A stretch of 64,000 bases of DNA from Chthoniobacterales bacterium (GTDB taxonomy: Bacteria > Verrucomicrobiota > Verrucomicrobiia > Chthoniobacterales > Chthoniobacteraceae): assembly GCA_038207335.1 (NCBI GenBank), contig JBBQZX010000006.1:128001-192000 (forward strand). Reading direction: 5' to 3'. Position 1 is the stretch's first letter. The number at the start of each line of letters is the position of its first letter. The position numbers and the translations under genes were made by a program. This document shows, piece after piece, positions 29,804 to 39,449 of the stretch. The notes beneath the pieces are model-generated. The model searched no databases and was not told the DNA's origin. It saw only the letters and a list, made by a program, of their open reading frames with translations.

Positions 29804-31087
29804 ATGGGCTGGTTTCTCGCGCTAGTTTTCGCCGTAATCCTCGCGGCAGTTTGGTGGCGGCAGCGGCGATTCGCGCGGCATTGGATGCAGCTTTCCGCGA
29901 TCGTCGATGACCTCGCCGAGGGCCGCGAGCCCACGAACTTCGTCTTTTTGAATGGAGGCCCATTCAACAAAATCGCGACCTCGCTGGAACGGCTGACCGA
30001 ATCGCGCGACCGGCTGTGGCGCAGGCGCAGCCGCGAGGAGATGAATCTTCAAACCATCCTCGCGAGCATGGAGGACGGCGTGATGGTCGTCGATCGGCAG
30101 CACACGATCAGGCTCGTGAATCCGGCCGTGCTTCGCTTGTTCGGGCTCGATTTCGATCCACTCGGGCGCAGCGTTTTACAGACTTTGCGCGAGACCGGTT
30201 TCGATGAAGTCGTCACGCGCGCGCTCGGGACGTGGGAGCCGCAGGCGCGTGAGATTTCCGCAGGCACGAGCAAGACGCCACGCCACATCTCGGTGAACGC
30301 AAGCCCGATGCGCAACGCCTCAGGCGAGGAGGGCGTCGTTACGATTTTCCGCGACGTGACACGCCTAAAGCAACTCGAGGAAATGCGGCGCGAATTCGTG
30401 GCGAACGTCTCGCACGAGCTGCGCACGCCGCTCTCCATTTTCCACGGATACCTCGAAAATCTTCGCGACAATCCAAACCTTCCACGCGAGGAACTCGTCG
30501 AGACAATCGGCGTGTTGGAAAAGCATTCGCTGCGGCTGAATGCGCTCGTCGAGGACCTGCTCATTCTCGCCCGCCTGGAATCGCGCGATGTGCGCTTGCA
30601 ACTCGAGGAGATCGATGTGGACGCGTTTTTGCGTGAGATCGTCGGTGACTGGAAACTTCGCAGCGCGCGAAAAAACATTGGCATTACGCTGGAGACCGCC
30701 GCCGAGATGCCACTGCTCGTCGCCGATGTGCTGAGGATCGAGCAAGTCGTGAGCAACCTCGTGGACAACGCGATCAAATACACTCCGGCCAACGGCCGCG
30801 TCTGCGTGAAAACCGCGCGCGTTGGCGACGAACTCGAAGTGCGGATAGAGGACAACGGCGTCGGGATTTTGCCCGTGGATTTGCCGCACATTTTTGAGCG
30901 ATTTTATCGCGCGGATAAGGCGCGCAGCCGCGAACAAGGCGGCACCGGGCTCGGACTCTCGATCGTGAAACACATCGTCCAGACACACGGCGGCACCGTC
31001 CGAGCCGAGAGTGTGTTTGGAAAGGGTACGACGATCGTGCTCAGCCTCCCGCTTGCGGGTCCAAGCGCAGCCGCGCCTGATGAGTGA
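29804..31087 (+). CDS. phoR: PAS-containing sensor kinase, PhoR-like
   Basis: N-terminal TM, PAS, 'RREFVANVSHELRTPL', 'NLVDNAIKYT', 'IFERFYRADKARSR..GGTGLGLSIVKH'. Confidence 0.82.
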   Translation: MGWFLALVFAVILAAVWWRQRRFARHWMQLSAIVDDLAEGREPTNFVFLNGGPFNKIATSLERLTESRDRLWRRRSREEMNLQTILASMEDGVMVVDRQHTIRLVNPAVLRLFGLDFDPLGRSVLQTLRETGFDEVVTRALGTWEPQAREISAGTSKTPRHISVNASPMRNASGEEGVVTIFRDVTRLKQLEEMRREFVANVSHELRTPLSIFHGYLENLRDNPNLPREELVETIGVLEKHSLRLNALVEDLLILARLESRDVRLQLEEIDVDAFLREIVGDWKLRSARKNIGITLETAAEMPLLVADVLRIEQVVSNLVDNAIKYTPANGRVCVKTARVGDELEVRIEDNGVGILPVDLPHIFERFYRADKARSREQGGTGLGLSIVKHIVQTHGGTVRAESVFGKGTTIVLSLPLAGPSAAAPDE

Positions 31088-31204
31088 CAGCCCCAGCGGC
31101 GCCTGCAGGCTATGAAGATTGCGTGACGGAAATATAAGTGGCGCGATTTTTGCGGGAGGTGAGAGTGGCGCCCGCTTCCAAGCCTGCCGCTTTGTCTCCC
31201 CACC

Positions 31205-34200
31205 GTGAAACGAATCTTTCTGGCCGGCGTTTTCGCCGTCGCACTCCTCACTCTCTGGCTGCTCCTCTCACGCCCCGCTGAGCGCGAGGCCGAAACGGCT
31301 CCCGCGGAATCCCTCGCGCGCCGAAAGCTGCCGGCTTCGCCCGCTCCGGCACCATCGGAGCCCGTTGCGCCACCTGCGCCGGCGGTCACTCAGGCGCGTT
31401 CCGAGACGCTTCCCGCCGCTCCCGTGGAGGACACGCAACCGCCGGATTTGGAGAAGATCACGGCGTTTGGCGAGTGGACGGAGCGCTGGATTGCCGCGAC
31501 GCCGGCGGCGCGCGAGGCGTTGAAAAACGAGGGGCGCATCCTGGCGGCGGCACGCCGGCCGGAGTTCAAACGGCTCATCAAAAGCGACCCGCGCCGGGCA
31601 CTGGAGCTGTCAGTCGCGCGCGTCGTGCGGCAGGATCTTCCCGAGGAAATCGTCGCGCAGCTCGAGACGCCAGTCTCCGCGCAGGGAAATCTGAATGTCT
31701 ATCTCGGCAAGCCCGCGCCCGGCGTGGTGCCGCCCGCGGGCACGGAGCTGACGCTGCGATATTTCGAGACAAAATCCGGCGCAAGCTACAAGGCGCGCGT
31801 TTTCGGGAAGCTCGAGCCGCTCATGGGACGCGAGGACATCCCGCTGCGCGGCGTGGCGATCGACCGCGAATTTGCCGTCGCGGAGTCGCCCGTGCGGCAG
31901 CTCGAAAACGGCGAGCGCATTCCGCAAGACGCAATCGTGGAGCAGACGTGCCCCGTTTCCAAAATCACGACGCCCGGCGGCGTGGACGAGCCGGTGACCG
32001 ACGCGGAGCCCGCGGTGGAACTCGGTGGCCGGTTCATCCGGCTCTGCGACGGCTCGCATGTGCATGTGCTCGACGAGGAATACACCACGGCGATCATGGC
32101 GAGTGGGCCGGGCGGCGCGGGCTATTTTCAGGACGCGTATCCGGGCACGTCGTCGAAGGCCATTGGCAACTTTCGTTGCCTCTACATCCGCGTCACTTAC
32201 CCCGACCAGATCAAGGCTCCGAACACCGAGACGTCGGCCTATTCCGACATGCGGAATGTGGCGCGCTTTTATTTGGAGAGCTCGTTTGGCCGCATGACGA
32301 CGACCTCCGCGGTTACGCCGCTGATCGTGATGCCGCATTCGCAGGCGTGGTACATCGCGAAGGATTCCGAGGTCGATGGACTCGGCCTCGTCCACAGCGA
32401 TGCGCGCGCGGAGGCCCGCAGCCTCGGGTACGATTCCGGGCAGTTCACCTGCACGATCGTCCGCGTGAATGGCGGGCCGCGCCTGAGCGGCGTCTCGTGG
32501 GGCGGCGGCAACAGCGTGTGGGTTTCCTGGGACGGCATGGATGTGCTGAATCACGAGTGCGGCCACTCGCTCGGGCGCAATCACGCAAATTTCTGGACGA
32601 CCAGCGACGGCTCCGCGATCGGCGTCGGGACGAATTCGGAATACGGCAACACCTTCGACGTGATGGGCGGCGGCAGCGGCTTCGCGGCGCACTACAATAC
32701 GATCAGCAAGCGCGCGCTCGGCTGGATCGACGACGCTTATCTACACCGGCCCGGCTCATCGCCCGCATCGAGCGGCATCTATCGCATTTACGCCTACGAC
32801 CAGCCGCGGCTGGAGGAGGGGAAGCGCTACTCGCTCCGCGTGCAGAAAGATGCGCAGCGCACTTTTCATCTCGAATATCACCCCGCATACAACACGCAGC
32901 TCGCGAACTCCGTGCTGATGCTGATCGAGGGACTCGGCTCGAATTGCGGACATCTCATTGACACGACGCCCGGCAGCGCGGGCGGAAAAAACGACGGCGG
33001 CATACAGATCGGGCGGACATTCAGCGACTTCGAGTCGGACATTCATTTCACCGTGCTCGGGAAAAATGCGACGACTCCGCCGTCCATGGACGTGGCGTAC
33101 ATGCGCGGTCCGTTTCCCGGAAATCGCCCGCCGGCGGTGTCGCTCGCGGCCACCGCGACGGCGATCGCGACAGGTGGGAGCATCACTTTCACCGCGAACG
33201 CGACCGATCCCGACGGCGACGCGCTCGCGTATCACTGGGACTTCAGCGACGGGTATGTGGCGACGAATTCCGCAGTGGTGACGCGCGCATTTTCCGCAGC
33301 GGATCAGCAGACGGTCTGCCTCACCGTTTCCGACACGAAAGGCGGCACGGCTCGCGCGCATGTGGTGGTGACGATCGGGTCGCCGAATCGCGCGGTCGTG
33401 ACCGGCAAGGTCAGCAGCGGCGGGCAGCCCGTCGCAGGGGTGCGCATCGCGAGCGACACAAGCAAATACGCCTTCACCGACAGCAACGGCGACTACGCGA
33501 TCGCCGGGCTCACCGCGGGCTCGCGCACGCTCACGGCGACGCTCACCGGATACACATTCAGCGCGGCGTTCACGAATCCGATGACCGTCACCGTGAACAC
33601 GACGACGCCCGGCGCGGACTGGACGGCGGGCAGCGTGCCCACCGTAACAATCACGGCGACGGATGCGAACGAGGGCGGTGCGAACGGGTCGTTTGTGATC
33701 GCGCGCACCGGCGACACGAGCGCCGCGCTCGATGTTCTCGTCGAGCCCGCCAGCGGGCTAGCAACGAAGACCGCGGACTACACTTTTTCCCCAGACTACG
33801 TGGCGAGCGGCTCGCTGAAAAAATTCACGATTCCCGCCGGGCAGGCGACGCTCACGGTCGTCGTAGCGGCGGTCGATGACGCGGCGCAGGAAGGGCCGGA
33901 GACGGTGCAGCTCCAGGCATCCGTCGGCGCGTATCAGGTGCGCGGGCAGGGCGTCGCGATCCTGACGATCAATGACAACGACACGACGAAGCCGGTGGTG
34001 AGCATCGCCGCGACCGATCCGTATGCCACCGAGACGCCGGGCGACAGCGGCACATTTCTCATCAGCCGCACGGGTGCCACGACTGCGGCGCTGAATGTCA
34101 CGCTCGCCTACAGCGGCAGCGCCACGCGCGGCAGCGACTACCCGAGCCTCGCGACCACTTTCACGATCCCCGCCGGCCAGAGCAGCGCGCCGCTCAGTCT

Positions 34201-37200
34201 CGTCCCGATCGACGACACGCTCATCGAGACGCCGGAAACCGCGATCGCCGCGGTCTCCGCGAGCGGCAGCTACATCGTCGATGCAACCGCGAATGCGGCG
34301 ACCGTGACGATCACCGACAACGACCTCGCGACCGTGAATGTGACGGCGATCCGCGACACGCTGCGCGAGGCGGGGCGCGAGCCCGGCGTGGTGCTCTTCA
34401 CGCGGACGGGCAGCCTCGCCGCGCCGCTGAAGGTGTATTACGGGCTGAGCGGCAGCGCGCTGCACGGCACGGATTACATGGAGCTGCCGGGTGAAGTGAC
34501 GATCCCCGCGGGCATGGCTTCGGCGCCTGTTTTCATCACGCCGATCGACGACGACATCGGCGAGATCGACGAGACGATCACCGTGCAGCTCACGCTTTTT
34601 GGCAGCGCGTACACGCTCGGGCCGGACTATTCCGCGACGCTCACGATCAAGGACAACGGCGACGTCCCGCTCATCACCGTCGGCGCGAATACCGCCGCCG
34701 AGCCGTCCACGAATGGAACGTTCACTTTCACTGCAAATGGCTCGGTGACGGGAAACATTATCGTCCGCTACACGCTCAGCGGCACTGCGACGCCGGGCAG
34801 CGATTACACCGCGCCCAGCGGCAGCGTGACGATCTCAGGCAATGGCACGAAGACGGCGACCGTGAGCATTCCCGTGATCAACGACGCCGCGCCGGAGGAC
34901 ACGGAAACCATCGTGCTCACGATCACGCCGGACCCCGCGTATAAAGTTTACAACGACGGCTCCGCGACGATGCGGATGACGGACGACGACTCGGAGCGGA
35001 TCGCACTTTCTACGCACAGCGCGGCGCTCGCGGAGCCGAGTTCAGCAAGTTCATTTTACCTCGGCCGAATTGGCAGCACCGGCGCGCTCGCGGTGAATTA
35101 CACGATGTCCGGCACGGCGACAAATGGCGTCGATTACGCGATGCTCGGCGGAGTCGCGACGATTCCCGACGGCGCGACCGGCGTGGATGTGCCGGTCGCG
35201 CCCATCGACGACACGCTGGCCGAAGGCACCGAGACGGTGACGATGACGATCGCACCCGGCACCGGATACGGCGCGGATGTCGGCACGGCCACGCTGTATC
35301 TCGCCGACAACGATTCGTCCGCGATGGCGTCGGTCGGTTTCGAATCCGCGACCGGCACGACGAGCGAGACACCCGATCCGACGCTAGGAGAATATCGCGA
35401 TATTCCCGTGACACTCAGCGCCGCGCAGCCTGGCACCGTGACCGCGGAATACAGCGCGGGCAGCGGCGGCAGCGCATTTGGCGACGACGTGGATTGGGCG
35501 ATCGTGGATGCGGCCGCGGGCAATGCCGTGATCGCGCGCGGCATCGTGACATTCCCGCCCGGCACCACGCTGCGATACGTCCGCATCCGCGTGAAAAACG
35601 ACGGCGTCGTGGAGGGGAACGAAATCGCCGTGCTGGAGCTCCGCAATGTGAACGGCGCGCGACTTTCCACGTCGAGAAACAAGCACACGCTCACGATCAC
35701 GGATGCGGAGAATCCGACACCGCGCGTCAGCTTCCTCGTCCCGGCGACGACGCGCAGCGAGGTCGATGGCAGCGAGCCGATGCTCATGGCCGTGCTCGAT
35801 CGGGTGCTCACCACGAGCGTCTCCGTGAGCTACACGGTCGGCGGCACGGCGACGGCGGGGAGCGATTACTCGCTCGCGCCGGGCACGCTCACTTTCGCCC
35901 CCGGCGAGACGGTGAAGCCGCTGCCGCTCGTGATCCTGGCCGATACCGTGACGGAGACGGCGGAGACCATCGTCGTCACGCTCACGAATCCGACAGGCGC
36001 GGAAATCGGCGCGAATCCGTCGCACACGATCACGCTCACCGAGGCAAATGTGCCGATCCTGACCATCGCTGCGACGACTCTCGCGACGATCGAGGGCGGG
36101 GCGGATGGCGCATTCATGATCACTCGCGGCAACGGCCTGGGGCTCGCGCTGACCGTCGCCTACACCGTCTCCGGCTCGGCTGTGAACGGCGTGGATTTCA
36201 CGACGCTCTCCGGCACCGTCCAACTGCCCGCGGGACAGGCGAGCGTCGCGCTCCCGGTCTCGGCGATCGACGACACGACGCAGGAGCCGGACGAGACGGT
36301 GATCGTTACTCTCGTCGCGAGCCCCGATTATGCGCTCGGCACGCCCGCCACCGCGACCGTCACGATCTTCGACAACGACTCTCCGCCGGAACTCACGTTG
36401 CTCTCGCCGGAGCAGGACGCCGTGGCGATCCCGAGCGGAGTTGGTCTGCTCTGCCAGGTACTCGCGGAGCGCGCGACGCCGTCCGGCCCGGTGCAGCAGC
36501 CGGTGACTTGGTCGTTCGTCAGCGGCCCGGCGACCGCGGCGATCGAGTCGCCCGGCAGCTCGACAACGGGCGTCACTTTCCCAGCCGACGGACATTACAT
36601 CATCCGCGCCTCATCCGGCAGCGGCTCGGCGATTGCGCGGAAAGATCTCAGCGTCAGCGTCGGCGTGGCGTTTTTCCCGACACGCCAAATCGGAACGACG
36701 ACCGCAGCGGGGAGTGCCGTGGAAAATACCGGCACTTTCACGCTCACCGGCGCGGGCTCGGGAATTAGCAGCACGGGGACGAGCGACGGATTCTATTTCG
36801 CATCGGCGCCGGTCACCGGGGATTTCGATGTGAAGTGCCGCGTCGTCAATTTTACGAATCCCGGCGGCAGCGGCTCCTGCCGCTTCGGGATCATGGCGCG
36901 CGATGGATTCGCCGCGAACGCGCTCTACGCGATGACCATGTTCAAGAGCACGGGCGTGCATGCATATCAGTACCGCACGGTGGCCGGGGCCACACCGGGC
37001 GCAAGCGCGGGGACGGCAGTTTACACGATGCCAAGCTGGCTGCGCCTCACGCGGACGGGCAACGTCTTCGCGGCCTACTACGGAACCGACGGCACGACAT
37101 GGACGCTGCGCGGCACTGCGCAGACGATCGCGATGGGGCCGACCTGCCATCTCGGTCTCGCGCTCACGAGCGCCGTGTCGGCGACCACCTCGACCGCGGT

Positions 37201-37906
37201 ATTCGACAGCCTCGATTTTACTCCCGTGACGAACAACGGACCGTCCGTCGATGCCGGCCCGGCGCTCACCGGCAGCGGCCCGTGGACGACCGACGGCTCC
37301 GTGGCCGACGATGGCCGCCCGGCCGGCGGCTCGCTCACCAGCCTGTGGAGCACGCACGGCGGCGCGGGCACGGCGAACTTTGTCGATGCGACCCTCGCGG
37401 ACACCGCGGTCACATTCCCCGCCAGCGGCAGCTACACGCTGCGCCTCACCGCGACGGACACGCACACCACCACGTACGACGACACGACGGCGAATGTCAC
37501 CGCGCTCTCGCCCGTGGATGCGTGGCGCGCGGCGAAATTCGGCGCCGATGCGAACAATCCTGCAATCGCGGGGAACCTCGCCGACCCCGACCACGACGGG
37601 CTCACGAACCTGATGGAATACGGCTTCAACCTGAACCCGCTCGCGCCCGATACGGCCGCGCAACTGCCCGCGCCGCATCTCGAGAGCGGGGTCCTGTCGA
37701 TCGAATACCGGAGAAATCTGGCCGCCACCGATGTCACATTTTCCGTACTTGGCGGAGCCGAGATGCCGGTATCGCTGCCCATCGAAGTCAGCGAAGCCAC
37801 ACTCAGCGACGACGGCCAGACGCGAGTCATCCGCGCCACGCCGGTCACGCCGTCGCCCGGGGGGCAGTATTTCCTGCGCGTCTCGGTGAGCCTGACCAGT
37901 CCGTGA
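31205..37906 (+). CDS. Large secreted metzincin metalloprotease (M11-like) with PKD, eight Calx-beta repeats and a lectin-like domain
   Basis: 'HECGHSLGRNH' and Met-turn 'EYGNTFDVMG'; PKD 'YHWDFSDG'; eight 'DD...E..E(T/I)' repeats; C-terminal 'DPDHDGLTNLMEY...YFLRV'. Confidence 0.85.
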   Translation: MKRIFLAGVFAVALLTLWLLLSRPAEREAETAPAESLARRKLPASPAPAPSEPVAPPAPAVTQARSETLPAAPVEDTQPPDLEKITAFGEWTERWIAATPAAREALKNEGRILAAARRPEFKRLIKSDPRRALELSVARVVRQDLPEEIVAQLETPVSAQGNLNVYLGKPAPGVVPPAGTELTLRYFETKSGASYKARVFGKLEPLMGREDIPLRGVAIDREFAVAESPVRQLENGERIPQDAIVEQTCPVSKITTPGGVDEPVTDAEPAVELGGRFIRLCDGSHVHVLDEEYTTAIMASGPGGAGYFQDAYPGTSSKAIGNFRCLYIRVTYPDQIKAPNTETSAYSDMRNVARFYLESSFGRMTTTSAVTPLIVMPHSQAWYIAKDSEVDGLGLVHSDARAEARSLGYDSGQFTCTIVRVNGGPRLSGVSWGGGNSVWVSWDGMDVLNHECGHSLGRNHANFWTTSDGSAIGVGTNSEYGNTFDVMGGGSGFAAHYNTISKRALGWIDDAYLHRPGSSPASSGIYRIYAYDQPRLEEGKRYSLRVQKDAQRTFHLEYHPAYNTQLANSVLMLIEGLGSNCGHLIDTTPGSAGGKNDGGIQIGRTFSDFESDIHFTVLGKNATTPPSMDVAYMRGPFPGNRPPAVSLAATATAIATGGSITFTANATDPDGDALAYHWDFSDGYVATNSAVVTRAFSAADQQTVCLTVSDTKGGTARAHVVVTIGSPNRAVVTGKVSSGGQPVAGVRIASDTSKYAFTDSNGDYAIAGLTAGSRTLTATLTGYTFSAAFTNPMTVTVNTTTPGADWTAGSVPTVTITATDANEGGANGSFVIARTGDTSAALDVLVEPASGLATKTADYTFSPDYVASGSLKKFTIPAGQATLTVVVAAVDDAAQEGPETVQLQASVGAYQVRGQGVAILTINDNDTTKPVVSIAATDPYATETPGDSGTFLISRTGATTAALNVTLAYSGSATRGSDYPSLATTFTIPAGQSSAPLSLVPIDDTLIETPETAIAAVSASGSYIVDATANAATVTITDNDLATVNVTAIRDTLREAGREPGVVLFTRTGSLAAPLKVYYGLSGSALHGTDYMELPGEVTIPAGMASAPVFITPIDDDIGEIDETITVQLTLFGSAYTLGPDYSATLTIKDNGDVPLITVGANTAAEPSTNGTFTFTANGSVTGNIIVRYTLSGTATPGSDYTAPSGSVTISGNGTKTATVSIPVINDAAPEDTETIVLTITPDPAYKVYNDGSATMRMTDDDSERIALSTHSAALAEPSSASSFYLGRIGSTGALAVNYTMSGTATNGVDYAMLGGVATIPDGATGVDVPVAPIDDTLAEGTETVTMTIAPGTGYGADVGTATLYLADNDSSAMASVGFESATGTTSETPDPTLGEYRDIPVTLSAAQPGTVTAEYSAGSGGSAFGDDVDWAIVDAAAGNAVIARGIVTFPPGTTLRYVRIRVKNDGVVEGNEIAVLELRNVNGARLSTSRNKHTLTITDAENPTPRVSFLVPATTRSEVDGSEPMLMAVLDRVLTTSVSVSYTVGGTATAGSDYSLAPGTLTFAPGETVKPLPLVILADTVTETAETIVVTLTNPTGAEIGANPSHTITLTEANVPILTIAATTLATIEGGADGAFMITRGNGLGLALTVAYTVSGSAVNGVDFTTLSGTVQLPAGQASVALPVSAIDDTTQEPDETVIVTLVASPDYALGTPATATVTIFDNDSPPELTLLSPEQDAVAIPSGVGLLCQVLAERATPSGPVQQPVTWSFVSGPATAAIESPGSSTTGVTFPADGHYIIRASSGSGSAIARKDLSVSVGVAFFPTRQIGTTTAAGSAVENTGTFTLTGAGSGISSTGTSDGFYFASAPVTGDFDVKCRVVNFTNPGGSGSCRFGIMARDGFAANALYAMTMFKSTGVHAYQYRTVAGATPGASAGTAVYTMPSWLRLTRTGNVFAAYYGTDGTTWTLRGTAQTIAMGPTCHLGLALTSAVSATTSTAVFDSLDFTPVTNNGPSVDAGPALTGSGPWTTDGSVADDGRPAGGSLTSLWSTHGGAGTANFVDATLADTAVTFPASGSYTLRLTATDTHTTTYDDTTANVTALSPVDAWRAAKFGADANNPAIAGNLADPDHDGLTNLMEYGFNLNPLAPDTAAQLPAPHLESGVLSIEYRRNLAATDVTFSVLGGAEMPVSLPIEVSEATLSDDGQTRVIRATPVTPSPGGQYFLRVSVSLTSP

Positions 37907-37947
37907 TTCAATTACGGGCCGAAATCAGCGCCCATCGGGGAGCCGCT

Positions 37948-39444
37948 TCAGGCCTTGGCGAATAAATCCTGAACCGGTTTTCCGAGGCCGTCGCGGGTCA
38001 CGTAAAATGGGCGCTGCTCGATCTCGTACGACTGCTTCGGTGAGATTCCCATCGCTTGAAAAATTGTCGCGTGCAGGTCCTCGATCGGCACTGGATTCTC
38101 GACCGCTTTGCACGGTCGCTCATCCGCGGTGACGCCATACACATGCCCACGCTTCATTCCGCCGCCGAAGAGCAGCACGCTGCCGGCGTCCGTGAAATGC
38201 CGGTGCATTCCGTAGAATTTCGGATCCTCGAGACGCTCCGGCACGCGCACTTGGTCGCGCACTTTGGCGCTGCCTTTTCCCTCAATCATCATGTCGCGGC
38301 TGAACTCGCTCGCGAGGACGATAAGCGTGCGGTCGAGCATTCCGCGCTCTTCGAGATCGAGCACGAGTTGCGCGATCGGTGCATCGATCATCTTCTTCAT
38401 GTTCACGAGCCGTGCGTGGCCGTTCTCATGAGTGTCCCAATTCAGAAATGGGATGTATTCCGTGGTCACTTCGATGTAGCGCGCCCCTGCCTCCGCGAGT
38501 CGTCGCGCGAGAAGGCATCCGAGGCCGAATCTCCCGACCGTCTGCGCCTCGTAATTTCCGTCCCGCTCTTTTTTCACCGAGGTCAGTTTCGACGCGTCGA
38601 AGCCCGCTGGCAGATACTTCGCTACCGATGCCGCCGGTTCGAGCGAAAGGTCGAACGCTTTTGCCGCGGGCGACGCGAGCAGGCGGTGGGCATTGTCCAT
38701 CGCGCGCACAAGCGACTCGCGCTGAAACGCGCTGCCATGCTCGCCGATCGGGCTCGCCTCCAGCAGCCGCTTGTAAAATTTGTTCCGATCCTCGAACCGC
38801 CCGGGCGACATGCCGGGCGGCGGGCGCACCGATGCGGCTGCGTCATCAGGGAAGGGGATGTTGAACGGCCCAAACTCGCTCCCGAGAAAACCCGCGGTCG
38901 TGAACGACTTTAACTCCTCGCCTTCGCCGAGATCGAATCGCTGTCCGATGTTGATGAATGGCGGCACCGCATCGTTCAGCGGGCCGAGAGTGCGCGCGAT
39001 CACCGCGCCGAGATGTGGTGCCGCGACCGTCTGCGGAGGCACGTATCCCGTGTGCCATAGAAACTGGTGCCGCGAATGCAGAATGAACCCGAGATCGGCT
39101 CCCACGCTTGATCGCAGGACGGTGCCACGATCCATCACAGCCCCGATTTTCTCGAGCCCCTCGGAAAATTTGATCCCATCCACCGCTGTGTCGATCGCCG
39201 GAAAAGTGCTGAGCACGCCGTCCGGCTGCATCCCTTTTTCAAACGCGGTGTATCGCTTGGGATCAAACGTCTCCGTGTGCGCCATGCCGCCCGCCATCCA
39301 GAGCACGATGACCGTGTCCGCAGTCGGCTCGATTTTCGGGAGCGGCTCCGCTCCGAAAAGTCGCGGTGCTCCCGCGCCCAAAGCGGCGAGCGTCGCCGCC
39401 GATGCGGTCTTTAGAAAATCGCGGCGGGAATGCGTTCGGTTCAT
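37948..39444 (-). CDS. DUF1501 family protein with Tat signal
   Basis: 'SRRDFLK', 'LWMAGG..HTETFDPK', 'CLLARRL.EAG', 'WDTH', 'SEFSR'. Confidence 0.9.
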   Translation of the reverse strand: MNRTHSRRDFLKTASAATLAALGAGAPRLFGAEPLPKIEPTADTVIVLWMAGGMAHTETFDPKRYTAFEKGMQPDGVLSTFPAIDTAVDGIKFSEGLEKIGAVMDRGTVLRSSVGADLGFILHSRHQFLWHTGYVPPQTVAAPHLGAVIARTLGPLNDAVPPFINIGQRFDLGEGEELKSFTTAGFLGSEFGPFNIPFPDDAAASVRPPPGMSPGRFEDRNKFYKRLLEASPIGEHGSAFQRESLVRAMDNAHRLLASPAAKAFDLSLEPAASVAKYLPAGFDASKLTSVKKERDGNYEAQTVGRFGLGCLLARRLAEAGARYIEVTTEYIPFLNWDTHENGHARLVNMKKMIDAPIAQLVLDLEERGMLDRTLIVLASEFSRDMMIEGKGSAKVRDQVRVPERLEDPKFYGMHRHFTDAGSVLLFGGGMKRGHVYGVTADERPCKAVENPVPIEDLHATIFQAMGISPKQSYEIEQRPFYVTRDGLGKPVQDLFAKA

Positions 39445-39449
39445 GAGTG

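Noticed and set aside
33630..36380. Repeated DNA in the giant gene as a CRISPR or DGR-like array
   Set aside because: These are divergent protein-domain (Calx-beta) repeats; no identical repeats with spacers, and no reverse transcriptase or cas genes.
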